This document shows positions 48,591 to 62,200 of a DNA stretch of 64,000 nucleotides, piece by piece. Source of the DNA: Eledone cirrhosa (taxonomy: Eukaryota); contig OZ024741.1 of assembly GCA_964016885.1 (NCBI GenBank), positions 199,888,001 through 199,952,000 on the forward strand, in the 5' to 3' direction. Both the position numbers and the translations under genes were made by a program. The notes below the pieces were generated by a model. The model was not told where the DNA came from and ran no database searches. It saw only the letters and a program-made list of their open reading frames with translations. How positions within the stretch are numbered: the stretch's first letter is position 1; every line of letters starts with the position of its first letter.

Positions 48591-48844
48591 CAACCGCCTT
48601 TTTAACTGATCCTACTATGCCTTTAATTGAGGATAAGAATTTTACCACTTTGGTACCAGCCTCAACATTCATGCCTTTGCAATTTTTAAATCCACCTCCT
48701 CCAATAGAGGAACCTCATGTTGTGATTGTAGAGCAGCCTAAAACTCATGGTTTCCGTTTTCGGTATCAATGTGAAGGCCGATCTGCTGGAAGCATTCCTG
48801 GAGAGAATAGTACTAATGATAAAAAGACATTTCCTGCAATAAAG
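48591..48844 (+). CDS. Rel: Rel exon 3: start of the Rel homology domain (DNA-recognition loop)
   Basis: TTTCAG acceptor and AAG|GTATAT donor. Encodes [31 protein letters not shown]; the RSAGSIPG signature indicates the Rel/Dorsal subfamily rather than p50/Relish (PSHGGLPG). Confidence 0.97.
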
Positions 48845-50068
48845 GTATATATTTGATAATATCTCACTTTAGTTAACTTCTGTAAATATCTCTAAAGAAC
48901 TTAATTTATGCTTCTATCATGTTATCATTGTATAGTGAACTAAGGCTTATATTTCTGGTAACAGTGGAGAAGAAAGTCTGTAATATCAGCTTTAAGTCAT
49001 GCAGTTTGAGAGCCAGTGGAAAGGAAATGGAGGTTGTAGAGAATAGTCTATTAAAGTAGCAGAGCTGATGAGGGAAGATCCTAGGCTTGACAATATGCAG
49101 AATTGATTCTTTATTTAATAGTAACTCCATACAAGGATGAAATTGTGCATTTGGAATGGAAATCTAAATCTTTCCTTCATAGATGATGAACTTGGAGAAA
49201 ATGTGAAAAGAGGGTAGCAGTTTTAGTGTAAGTATAGCAAGAAGAAAAAACATTGCAGTATGTATGTGATCAGTGGGTTTATAAGGTTATCCAAGCCGAT
49301 GGAGATATTGAGGAAAGTGATTGTAGTGTCAGAGATGGTAGAGGTCAATTTCAGAGCAGGGTGAAGAAGATATTGAAAATGAAAAACATGAGTTCATTCC
49401 TTAAGAGTAAGGTGATGCTGATTCAATCATCATTATAACAACTGTATAATCTCTGAATGAGTCTGGTGAATTGTGAGACCTCCAATATAATCCACAATGA
49501 GGTTAACATAATTAGAACCTATCTTGGGATTCATGACCACACCAGTAGCTTCTTGGTGGGACTAACCAGAAAAAAAACAATTCAGATTAAGGATATGTTC
49601 TGCTAGGCGAAGAAGAGTAGTGGTGTTAAGTTCAGGGGTCAAGAGAAAAGATTGAAAAGATGTTTAAGGGCTGAGAGTCAATTGTTGTGGAGTATAATGG
49701 TGTATAGGGATTTCATGTCGATGAGGAATAGGTGTTGAGAGGGTCCTGGAGGAAAGGAAAAAGAGTCAAGAAGATTAAGGGCAAGCTTAGTATTCTTATA
49801 GAGCAGGGAAGCAATGAGAGGTAACAGTTTATCAAAGTAGCTGAAGAAACGTTTAGTGGGTAACTACCAGCAATGATGATGGGGTGAGAGACGTTGGCAC
49901 AACTGGGATGAGTTACTAAATGGTATGGAATAAAAGTTTTTAGTTCTCAAGTTTACTTGTAGAAGTTTCCTTTCGATAGAAGTTGGTCCACCAAACAACA
50001 GTGTCATCTTTGTCAACTAGTTTTATCATGGTACTATTTCAGCTCCAAAGGTTTATAAATGATGTTAA

Positions 50069-50702
50069 CCCTTTATATACCAATCTGCCCCAGACCACCT
50101 CTATTAATGTGTTCAAATTTAAATCTGTATTTAAATCTTGGGTTGAAATCTTATTACATACCAGATAATATTAGATTTCAGTAGTTAAATATGTCTTTTG
50201 TTGAATATTGGTTATTTCACTAAATGTCTCATAATTCTTGATTATTTTAATAATTAAAACAGAAAGACAGTATAAGATGATTAAAATACATTTAAACATT
50301 TTAAAACAATTAAATAAATCTGGACCATGGCAACTATTTTTCATAAACAGGACAATGAAGTTGAACTGGCCTATGTTTGGTTCCCATGTGGAGCTACGTT
50401 GTTTGAGTGCAGTGAAGTGGTCACTTCTGTAGATGTCTTCCTTCTCATTAACCTTTTCATTACCATATTTCTAATGAAAGATACAGCCGGTGATTTTCAA
50501 ATCATTTTGAAAATAACCAAGAATTTGGAAGATTTTTTACAAATATAACTGGTTTTCTCATCATTAAGCTGGTGTTTGGAACATAACTTAAAATTTCTTA
50601 CTTATTATGATGAAACGTTTTTAGATGAATATAAACACTTTGAAATAAACAACTTTGTATTGTAGAACCAGGGGCGGTTTTGGCCAAATAATATCAAAAC
50701 GG
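50069..50702. mobile_element. piggyBac-type MITE (TTAA-flanked)
   Basis: TTAA|CCCTTTATATACC ... ATCAAAACGG|TTAA. Related ends at ~19910, ~25097 and ~57528. Confidence 0.55.
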
Positions 50703-51681
50703 TTAAAGGGGCCTTTATCTGCATTCAACAAAGGAAGCATTTGCTGTTGGCATGGTGAAGAAAGTTGTTTAAACGGCTGTTGAATGAGATGAAGTTAAAT
50801 AACAGAGCATATGGCATCTGAGAATGGTAAATCTCCTGGAAGGGTAGTTATAGCATGTAGTTGAATAGTTGATGAGGACTAAGTGGGAAGCTGGTAAGTA
50901 AGTTGATGGAGTTTGGTAGATTTTTTGATATCAAAAACTTTGGGAGGACTCTAGCTGTGTCAAAGACATTGAAACTTCCCTAGTGCTGATGCTATGATAG
51001 AATACACTCGTTAGAGCGCAGGAACATATGTGGGTTAAATGTAGTTCTGCTTGAATACTTACTTGGTCTGTGATGACCCATACAACCCAAGAAAATTGGA
51101 CATTAAATGATGATGATAATGCTAAAGGTTGTACATCTGGAGAGTATAACAGTAAAACAAATGGCGAAGAAGAGTGTGTAGTGTTGAGTAATGCCATGCT
51201 AGAAGTATGTTTATATACAAAGTGTGAATTGCATTTGATAAAATTTGGGACACTGATAAAATACATTTTTAAGATGAATGAAAAATGCTGCATTACATGC
51301 AGAATGACAAAAATGATGAATTGATCACTCGTCTAGTCCAAGTTACAGAAAATAAAATTAAAATAGTTGGGTTGCCTCAGTGAGTATTCTAACAACCACA
51401 GTATAACTTGTACTAAGGTTACACTAAGAGTTACCTTATAAGTCAGAGCCAGAAAGAATTGTATAATGTAAGTTACAGTCTCAATTTTGGTTTTTATAAT
51501 TTAGGATATTCAAAAGATTATATATGAAATTAATTGAAACCATTTCTGAAAAGCAACTCAAAAGATGTTTTTAAATGTATTTTTAGTTTCATTATTTTGT
51601 TGTTTTTTATTTTTTATGTTTTGAAGTTACTTTAATCAGATTAGTAAAATCTAATTGTTTATCCTCTTTATATCCTTACAG

Positions 51682-51827
51682 ATTTGCAATTTCAAAGGTC
51701 CTGCCGTTGTAATAGTATCTTGTGTCACCAAAGAAGATCCCCCAAAACCTCATCCTCACTCCCTTGTTGGTAAAGATTGCAAGAAAGGAGTGTGCACTGT
51801 CAAATGTCCTACATCAGATACCATTCC
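51682..51827 (+). CDS. Rel: Rel exon 4 (ICNFKGPAVVIVSCVTKEDPPKPHPHSLVGKDCKKGVCTV...)
   Basis: TTACAG acceptor, CC|GTAAGT donor, conserved RHD motif HPHxLVGK. Phase 0-2. Confidence 0.97.
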
Positions 51828-51989
51828 GTAAGTTTTCCAACCAAACATTTAAAACTTTTGCTTGCAATATGTTTTTTGTTCCCATTATTTAGCTGCTGGC
51901 CTTGTGCCTAAAGTAGAAACAATTATTTAGCCAATGTTACTGTTTCAGTTTTCTCTGTGTTTAGATTATTTATAAATTTGAAGCTAAAA

Positions 51990-52790
51990 ATATTCTAAAA
52001 CCAGTGCAGTTGGATCCCTCTTATACCAGGTTTTTCTCTCAGCTCCTTTGATTATTCACACTAACATTACACACACACTGGAGTATACTTGCTTCATTTG
52101 TTAGCCTTTGCAGGTCTAATCATTGAATAGTCTACCCTTCACTTTGAGAGAGAAGCCCTTTCTTGTCAGCATAGGTAATAGCTGTATAAACTTCTTCCAA
52201 CCCATTCTTATTATAGCTACTATTCGTGCAGAGCATCCTGCTCTACTGCTTCTGTTACTTAGGTCACCTAGGCACAAAAGATTGTCCGCAAATTCTAGGG
52301 AGCTGCCTAAGCTATTATCAGAGTCTATTTCATGAGTGCTCTTAGTGCTTATTTCTCCTGTACATTTGCTACATACAAAGACTATCTTTTCTGTTAACCT
52401 GCTCGTAATCCCACTACATTTTGTGTGTCCATAGATTGTACTGTCTGCACCTTATGAAATTTCTGCTCATTCCATTTTAACATTGAACAAGGGCATCTTC
52501 TTGACAAATCAGGATCCTGACTGCTTTCCTACTTGTTAGGACTTTAGTCTTTGCTATGTTTACTTTGCGGCTTTTCGGTTTTGTTTGAAATTTAGTTTCC
52601 AACTTGTCTACAGATTCAGCTAAAAGCACCAAGTCATCAGAATACAGGAGTTCTCATGGATAACTAGTTTTAAACTCCTCTGTTATGGCATGAAAGACAA
52701 TGGCAAACGAGAGGGCTCAGGACTATACCCTCAAGGACCCCACTTGCACTTCAAATTCTCCAGTTGTCATCTTACTCACAGCATACATCT
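51990..52790 (-). mobile_element. Old RTE RT fragment
   Basis: Degenerate LYSDDL and GWKKF motifs on the minus strand. Confidence 0.75.
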
Positions 52791-53443
52791 ATATATCTCC
52801 TCTCTAACAATTTGTCCAGACTTACTTTTCATCATGCCAATGTTGATAGTTGCAGCCCTGAAGCTTTGAACCCAATGGGAAAAGGGTGGCTTGTTTGTTT
52901 TTTGGACCTGAAGGGTTGCTTGATAACAGTATAGGGACACTCACACATGTTTAGTGGCTTAAATATAATGTAATGTATTGTTACTTTGATTTTCAGGCAC
53001 ATTTCATATAGGACCCATTTCAAATTGTCATGAATAATTATTTAGTGTTTCTCTGGTTAAGCTATCAGCCAGATTGGTTAATTGTGAGCATGTGTTTAGC
53101 TTATATACTAGCTAATCATGCAGAAAAAATGTTTAGGGGGTGGGTATTTGAGGGAGCATGTTGCTTTTATATTCAAAGAAAATGAAACAAGTTAATAGGA
53201 AATACATACATAGAAAAACTAGGATAAATTTACTGTAACAATTTAACAGAATTTAATTAAATTATAAAACAAATATTGCTTGTGCTGAAAGGAAGAGATA
53301 TTATTTTAAAATTATTTATATATATATATATATATACACACACAGAGAGTATAGTTACGATGTATTATCATCACCTAGAAACGATCGTAAAGCAGTGATG
53401 TATATTTCTAATGACTTGATTTTTTATTTCATTGTTTTAACTT

Positions 53444-53778
53444 ATCATCATTTCATTTTACGTCCGCTTTTCCCTGCTTGCAAGGGTGGGATGGGAACTG
53501 ATTCTGGCTTGATTTCTACAGCTGGATACCCTTCCTAACACCAACCTCATTTACAGTGAGTGCTGGGTGCTTTTTTTGCCGTGGCACCTCCACGACCACT
53601 TTGCAGTGGAATGATATGGACCCCAGTCCTATCATCTCATTTCTACAGCTGAGTAAACTGGAGCAATGTGAAATAAAGTGTCTTGTTCAAGGAAACAACA
53701 CATCACCCGGTCTGAGAATTGAACTCACAACCTTTCGATTGCAAAGCCAATGCTCTAACCACTAAGCCATGTGCCTCC
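53444..53778 (-). mobile_element. Composite SINE family B, full length
   Basis: Near-identical reverse complement of 47505-47842. Confidence 0.88.
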
Positions 53779-54330
53779 ATTACTCAAAAACAAAAATGAA
53801 GTAATACTGATATGTATGTCTACCTTGGTTTTAGTCAATGTTTATATTATACAAAAGAATTGGATACAGAATTGTATTGTATTTTTTACTATAGTATTAG
53901 TGGTTAGAACATTGGATTTGCAGTTGTCAGGTTGCGAGTTTGATTTCCAATGCAGCAATACGTTATGTCCTTGAGCAAGATACTTTATTTCATGTTGCGC
54001 TGTCTACCATGTGGTGTGACTGGTAGATAGTATCAGCAATGAAAAGACCAACAGAATCATTGTTTCCTTGATCCAATTTGACGATTTCCTCCCTGCTCAA
54101 TAAGCAAAAGGGGTTTAGGATCTTGTTGATAGATTAATAAACATGCACATAGATTTCTTTCTCTTTGTTATATGAAAAATAGAGCTTGAATGTTATTTTA
54201 CTGACTGTTTTAATCTTAATGCTGAGAATACTGAAATCTTATGAATTAGTTGCCCTCAGAGTTTTCCAGAAGAAATTTAAATTTCAAAGATTCACTTTAA
54301 CATTTAAAAGAAAATCATTTTTCTTTCCAG

Positions 54331-54422
54331 GTTTCAAAATCTTGGAATTCAATGTGTGAAAAAGAAAGAAGTTGCTGATGCCCTCAAAACACGCCAGGAA
54401 ATTAATGTTGATCCTTTTAAAA
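54331..54422 (+). CDS. Rel: Rel exon 5 (FQNLGIQCVKKKEVADALKTRQEINVDPFK)
   Basis: TTCCAG acceptor, A|GTATGT donor, canonical FxNLGIQCVKK. Phase 2-1. Confidence 0.97.
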
Positions 54423-57187
54423 GTATGTTTTGACATCTTCTGTTGAGTTTTTCTGATTGAATTGAACAATAGCTTTGAATAGTCATAACTGTTGTTGTGT
54501 GGGTAAAGAGTTTTCTCATTCTGGGCTCAGTCCCATGGCATAACATCTTGGGGAAAAAAAGTCTTCAATCATCGACTTGACTATACAGAAGCTGTGTGGA
54601 AACCTGCCAGTTGTATTGCATCTGTCTTTAAGTGGTTGATTTAATTTGACATCTGATTTAACACCATTACCTGGTCTTTCAGTGCTTTTAGTAGAGTCCA
54701 TTTTGTTGCAAGCATTTAAATCTGTCTCCAGTCTGAGGATATCAAGTTCTCCCACCCCAAGTCTTGGAGACCCTACAAAAGGTTCCAGTGGCACAGTCCT
54801 TGTAACTAAGCCATGAAAAAAAAGTAATCATTTATGTATTTAGGATTAACTTATACATGCAGCTTGCTCAAATTTCCATGCTTCAACCATATTTGAAATT
54901 TCTTTGCACATGCTGTTATTCAGTGTTGTGTGGAATTAATTTGGAAATCTGGATATCACATTGATGTACACATACATATAGAAGTGTTTTTAGTTTCTAC
55001 ACCATCTCTAAATTGTCCTGTGTCTCTGAGTTCATCTATATCTTACTCTTATGTTATTAGTTACTAGTCTATGTTGGGTGATACACTCTCCAGGAAAAAA
55101 AACTTATTGATAACCATCTATCTATCCTGTGATCTAATTAGTATGAAGTCAATCTGGCTTGTGTGTTCACCTGATTGGTTGGTTGTCTGTTTACTGAATT
55201 TAGTGTTGCAGATGCTTAAGTTACATTACAGAATTCTAGGAGCCCTGAACTTTCTTTATTCCTTATGCCATATCCATAGACACTGTGCCTTGTTCTGGCA
55301 TTGACAGTGGCAATCATGAAATTTGATACTTGAGAATATACTACTCTCCTAGACAGGTTGTTCTTGCTACAGCTGACAGAGTTCATGTCTTCCCCCATGC
55401 AAATATTTTTCAGAGTTAGTGCTTTCCTAAACAGGTTGCTTTCATTGCAGTTTTACAGAGTCTACGTCTTCTCTGTGTAGATATTTAGTCCAAGTCTATA
55501 CTTCTTAAATTAGACTTAGAGATCACTTTGTGGTAGAGAAGAGAGGAATAGAGTGAAGAAGCTATTAAAGGGAAGAAAAGGAAAGAGAGAAACAAAGTAG
55601 GGATATGAGAGAGTGTATGTAAAAGATATGTGGAAATGTGGAGAGTGGGGTGTTATGTTAAAGAGAATATGAGAGATGGTGATGAAGGGAATAGAAAAGA
55701 GGTATATGAAGAAAGAGACCTATACGTGTGAAAATGGAAAATGTGGGTTGTAGTGGAGGGATATGTTGAGTGACTGTTTGAGAACAAGACTCAGATGTCA
55801 ATAGGCTTCATGTTAATTAGTGGCAGCGATTGGTGGTAGTGGTGGGTTTGTATGCCACTGTATGCTTAAAAGTTTTGCTCATCTGGTCCAACAATTTAAT
55901 GATTCGTGAGAGAGAAATTAATGAATACATCAATAAATAGTAATAATAATAATGGTTTCTTATATAGGCACAAGGGCAGCAATTTGGGGGGAGGGGAAGT
56001 CGATTAAATGGGCCCCTGTGCGTGACTGGTACTTTATTTTATCAACTCCGTAAGGATGAAAGGCAAAGTTAACCTTGGCGGGAGTTGTACTCAGATCATA
56101 AAGGGCTGTAACTCAATGCTGCAAAGCATGGCAAATAATGATAATAATAATAATAATTAAAAGCATGTAAAAGAAGTGAAAATCTAACTTTCATGGAAAA
56201 ATTCTCTATGTTAAACAATAGATGTTGGTTGCTGAATTGCTTTTAAAATGCCTAAGTTTCGTGGATGTCTCTCCATAGAAACCATGCCAAAATATGGAAT
56301 GTATGAGCAAGACATTGTTCTTTATCCCATCTAGTCTCAAACCATAACAACTTGCCCAAACCGTGCCAGCATGAAATGTGGATGTAAAATGATGATGAAG
56401 ATGTGTGTGTGCGTGTATATGTTTGTGTGTGACTATGTATATGTGTATATAATACATATATATATCCATGTGTAGCAATGTTTATGTATACCAGTGAACA
56501 ATGAATTGAGATGTATATTTTTATGTCAAAAGATAATGGAGAACTATGAATTAAGTACTGGATTAACTAAATCCTTTGAAAGCACTCTTCCAGTATGGTT
56601 GCAGTCTAATGGAGTAAAATATTTCATTTTTGTATTGGAAATTTGTATTTTGTATGTATTGATATCATAGATGATCTGGCAGATTAATGGTTTTAATATT
56701 GATAATTGCTTTGTTGAATGAGATATGTGATGAAATGACATTCTTTGGTATTGAATAGGGTTATTGCAGTGATGATTTTGGTTTTATTTTATGTATTTTC
56801 AGAGAAAACAGAATATTTCACAAAGATTTACACAAAATCTTAAACTTGGGGAACCTCTAAATGAGCATCATCATCATCACCACCATAAAACACCCATTTT
56901 CTATACCTGAATAGGTTAGACAGGCTGTTGCATACTGAAACCAGACCGGTCAAGTGACTACGTCTTGCCCGTATGTTCTGTTTTGGGCTTGGTTTCTATG
57001 GCTGTAATGCCAATCATTGCACAGCATGTACTGGAAGCATTTTATCATGTCTCCAGCACTGTGCATGTAATTTTTATTACTGTGCATGTAATTTTTATCT
57101 TTGTAAATATATAAATGCATTTTCTATTTAGACTATTGATGAAATTTAAAGATTTAAAATATCTTCTTTTTTTTCTTCTTGTTTTAG

Positions 57188-57325
57188 CTGGATTTGATCA
57201 TGCAAACAATTTGAATATTGATTTCAGTGTTATTTGTCTTTGTTTCCAAACATTTATACAAGATAGTAATGGCCAATACAAAATGCCATTAAATGCTGTT
57301 GTCTCCCAACCAATCATTGACAAAA
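57188..57325 (+). CDS. Rel: Rel exon 6 (GFDHANNLNIDFSVICLCFQTF...VVSQPIIDK)
   Basis: TTTTAG acceptor, A|GTACGT donor, LCFQ and VVSxPIxD motifs. Phase 1-1. Confidence 0.95.
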
Positions 57326-58300
57326 GTACGTAAACAGACTTTGCCTCTGTCTTGGTGTTATATGTTTTATACTCTTTAGCTAAGAATGTGTATTCCCCCT
57401 TTTAATTCCAGATAAAGGAAAAACAACACAACTAATTATGATTATTTTTGCAAACTTAGTCAAATAAGTCTTGAAGAAAATTATGAAATCTTTTTTAAAA
57501 AAAATTGAAATAATTGCTTTTTTAATTTTAACCCTTTTGCTACCAACCCATTCACCCCATGTTCTATGAAACAAAATCCACCATTTTAAAGGGCTTCTAT
57601 TTAAATCAAACTCTTCCAACATGATTTTATATAAGAACCTTTTGCTGTTTTACAAATATCATCTTAATAAAATAATCAATAATTTTAGTAAATTCCTTCA
57701 AATTTTTCATTAACTAATTCAAATACAGTGCATGTAATTAGAAATATGGTAATGAAAAGATTAATTTACATTTGCTAATCTGTTACTCAGTAATTGAAAG
57801 TAGAGTATTTTGCATCTGACTGCTCTGGTCAATAGTATTGTCAAGGTATCTCTAGGATGAAGGTTTAGAATAGCCATCAGATTTCAGCAGCTAACTTATG
57901 TTGTACTGTTACAAGACAATGATTTCTTACACTGGCACAGAGCTACAAATTTATTAATCAGTGGTATAACTCCATTGCTTTATAGTTATAAAATAACTAA
58001 CTAATAGTTTGGGGTCACTAATTTCATTCTCTTTTGTCTCATTAGAAATTATTCCTTAAAGAAAGTTATCAAAGTACTTAATTTCTAAAATTAGACAGTT
58101 AAATTACATTAACTCTTAACATAATGTACCACATAAAACTACATCACATTAAAAATTCAAGTCCTTTCTTTAATACTGCAAATGTTCACAACAATCTGTC
58201 CACTATATTTGAATTAACAAACTTGTTTTTAGATATTTTCTGCTAAATCATGATGTTAAGAGTTGAAGAACATTACAAATAAAAATATTTATTGTTTTAG

Positions 58301-58399
58301 AAACCCAAAATGAGTTAGCAATTGTTCGAATGGACAAATGCTCAGGACGAGCATGTGGACGTGATGAAGTCTTTTTACTCTGTGAAAAAGTTGCAAAGG
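58301..58399 (+). CDS. Rel: Rel exon 7: start of the IPT/dimerisation domain (TQNELAIVRMDKCSGRACGRDEVFLLCEKVAK)
   Basis: TTTTAG acceptor, G|GTGAGT donor, DEVFLLCEKV motif. Confidence 0.97.
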
Positions 58400-58840
58400 G
58401 TGAGTTCAATTCATTTACTGAGATGTATTTTAGCCTTGTGAGTAGTACCTAGATGAGTATTTTTGTAAATATCACACATATAGTGTTTGTTTATCAATAT
58501 GAGAGTAGGAACTGTAGTATGTATATGTATAAGAGGGTGTTGCAGTACATAAAAACAGAAATATAGATATCAGATTTACCATCAAAACCAGGAACAATCT
58601 TCACCCTAAATCAACAACAGACAGCAACTCAACACCCAGTGACTAGCATAGACAGATTTATTACCACATCATTGCACTTCAACAATTGATACAACCATAA
58701 CATAGACCAGAATATAGCTTAGAACACACACCACACAATCCATTCACCACTTGCAGTGTTGAAAATCCCACCACTTTTAGATTAAAAAATATCAGCGTAA
58801 GAATAACACAAGATGTTTGCTTCAAATTAGCTTCCTCAAC

Positions 58841-58878
58841 TCTTTTGATGAAGGGATTTCATCCTGAAATATTAAAGA
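58841..58878 (+). ncRNA. Degenerate minimal hammerhead motif in a PLE-like relic
   Basis: TCTT-TTGATGA-AGGGAT-TTC-ATCCT-GAAA-TAT-TA-AAGA. C3 appears mutated to T without a compensating A8. Confidence 0.4.
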
Positions 58879-59200
58879 CGATTAAACATCTCCAAGCTAA
58901 CATTCTAACAACTTTATCATTATATTTAATGTCCTATTTGCATTGCTGTAACCTTCTAAAATAAACACAGTATGTTCTTCTGGTTTTATAATTTCACAAA
59001 GTTTTACCAATAGAGAGAGAGTTGGTTTCTAACATAGACACAAGACTCTCTCATTGAATTTACACAACATCAACTAGGTAGATATGTATGTATGTATGTA
59101 TGCATGTGTAGATATGGATGTTATTGTATGTGTGGATGTGTATGTTTTGAGTTGTATGTGTGCATGTGTATATGCTTTGCATCTGTACATGTATATGTAG

Positions 59201-62200
59201 TTATTAGATGCAAAATTTTTGGAATGTTTTACATATTTTTACTGTTCCATTAATGGATTGTACTTGTAATTTCCTAACTAGTTGTGTTCTTTCTGTTCCT
59301 GTGAAGCCCTGCTTCTCAAGATTTGTATTTAGGCAGTTACTAACATATCCCAGTGCCTCAATAATCACAGGCATAAATCTGAAGGTGTAATCAGGGTGGA
59401 GTATCTGCAGATTTCTCATCAGTTCTGCATAAAATATTCTCCTTTTCACTAATCTTTGATATTATATTGGCATCTGCTGGGCAGCTAATTTCCACTACTG
59501 TGCATGCCTTCTTATCCCTGTCCCATATCATAATATCTGGTCTATTATGCCTGCATTTTATTGGGGTTTTTACTGGAACATTCCACAAGTACTCTTTCAT
59601 ATTATGTACATGGATGTCTTCCACATTGCTGTAGCTTTTAATGTGTTTATTATCAGGGTTATCTGTTTTACGAACTGCATTGTACAGTGTTTTGGCCACT
59701 ACATCATGCCTCATAGGTAGATACTACCGCGATGACATCTTTGGACAGCTGCTGATGACATGGGTGATATTCTCGATGTTAGTTCTGCTGAGTCTGCACT
59801 TGTTATCACATCTAGGTGTTTTGCCTGCATCCCTATCTCTTTTGTGAATCAGGTATTTTGTGTTAATCTCCTGTTCTTGGATTGCAAAAGCGTATCCTTC
59901 AAAGTGGGAGCCAATATAGCGGTTGTTGGTCCCAGATAGACTACTTTCCTTATCTATATTACTCTCACTCTGGAGCTTCCTGGCAACATATCCATGCATG
60001 ATGTTTTGCTGATAACTATGCAGTTTTTCATCCATGGATTCACTGCGATATTGCTGAGCGACTTCCCTGGGTGTGAGGTTTTGATTATCACACAGGGAAT
60101 ATCTCTCGAAGAGTTCCTTCCCAACTCTCATGATCTTATCTGTTTCATGCAGATAGACTTGCTTGAGAAACGGGCTCCTACGCTTCGAGGTTCGTAGTTG
60201 TCGGAGAGATATGATGCGACATTCAAATGTTGTCTGGACTGATGTTAGGCCTCTGCCTCCCTGCTTACGTTTCAAGTAAAGGCGGTCTATGTCACTGTTG
60301 ATGTGGAAGTTTCCGGTGTTGTTTAGTATTTTTCGAGTTCCAACATCAACTGCTCGGATTTCGTCTATCGTCCAATTGAGTATTCCAAACGTTGGTGTTA
60401 GGACAGGCACAGCAAACACATTGTGAGCCACTGTTTTGTTTTGCGCAGAGAGTTACGATGACCAGATCTTTCTTAATCGGGTGTAGTATTCCCTGGTTAC
60501 GCGTTCTTTATTACAGATACCATTATAGGATATGTTCTCATCTATCCCCAGGTATCTGTAGCAGTCCTCATCAGATATCGGTGAAACAGTTAGGACATTG
60601 ATGACAATGTTGCTAGATTGGGTTGTTGTTTTTACCCGCTTTACAGTCATGTATGAGCATTGATCTTGGCCAAACTCCATTCCTATATCCTTTGAGAACG
60701 TTGTAACCAGGTCAAGATTTTTCTTCACCCCATCCATGTTCTTGGCATAGAGTTTCAGATCGTCCACAAAGAAATTATGGGTTAAGTTCGTATTTCTGTC
60801 CTCCTGTGAGCCAATGATGTATCCCTCACATTTCTTGAGGAGAAACGACAAGGGGTTTAATGACAAGATGAATAATATCACAGAGAGACTGTCCCCCTGA
60901 AATATACCCCTGCAATATTTTATTTTATCAGTGAAAATAGAGTCCTCCCTCTCTGTCTTTAACCTTAGGATAGTAGCCCAAGAAGAAGACAGCCTCTCTA
61001 TGGCTCTGACAATAATGTCTGGGACTTTAAGCAAGTTGGAGGGCCTCTATCATCCAAGAGTGGGGAACAGAATCGAAAGCTTTCCTGTAGTCCAGCCAGA
61101 CTGTAGCCATATTCCTCCTAAGTGGTCGCACATCCGACATCGCAGTTTTGTTGATTAGCAGTTGTTCAGCACATCCCCAAACCCCTTTCTTTCCAGCTGC
61201 TTGTTCATCTGTGATGATGTTATTATTTTCACAGTGATCTTGGAGGAAGAGGTTCAGGCAGGCTGTATACATCTTATACATCAGGTTCTGGCATGCAATG
61301 GTCGGTAGTTTTTTGCCAAGTGGGTGTCTTTGTTCTTGGGGACCAGTAATGTTTGTGCTAATGTCAACCATTCTGGTATAAGTGTATCTCCCTTAAGAAC
61401 TTGTTGGTAGAGGTCAGTAAGACACCTCCGATAGAATATCAGTTGTTTGTACCAGTAGCCGACAATCATGTCTCTTCCTGGTGTTTTCTTATCTTGGAGT
61501 TTTCCTATCACAGTCTCAAGGGTACCCTCACTTATTTTGTATGTTTTTGTTGTAGTGTAGGAGCAATAGTTCTTTCGGATTTCTCTTAGCCACACTGCAT
61601 CTTGATTGAAATTCTTCTTTTCACCCCATATTTTGCTCCAAAAAGAATCTGTCTTTCTGGGATGGGGCCTCAGTGACACTTATTATTTTGCCCTTCATAT
61701 CTCTATAGACTGATGTTTGGTTTCGTCTGACTCTTTTATTAAGCACTTTTCTCTCATCTACCTTTTTCAGGTATCAGCGTTTTTCACTAACAGCTCTCAA
61801 TTCTTGTTTGAGGGTAATCAGCTTATATTGGAGAGTTCTGGTTCTACTGTTACCAAACATCGTCTCTATTTTATTTTTCACTCTTTGTTGGTGAGGAGTG
61901 AGGTTTTTGTGTGTTTGTTTGCATGTAAGGAGCATTGTCACATATCCTATGTTTTTTCATAGGTCAGCAATCTTTTTTTTTATTTTAGTTATATATGATG
62001 GCAATTTTGGTGTGGTGTTTTGTTCTCGTTAATATCTCTGCTATCACCAAGATAATGCTTCACTGTCGTTGCTAAGGCATATAAACAGGCGTTGATTTGC
62101 CAAAATGTTGGGGTTTTTATCGATCGTAAATATTCATCCCCTATTTCGTCAATAACACGTAATATTTCATTATTTGGTTTTTTATTAAACATTGTCGTTT

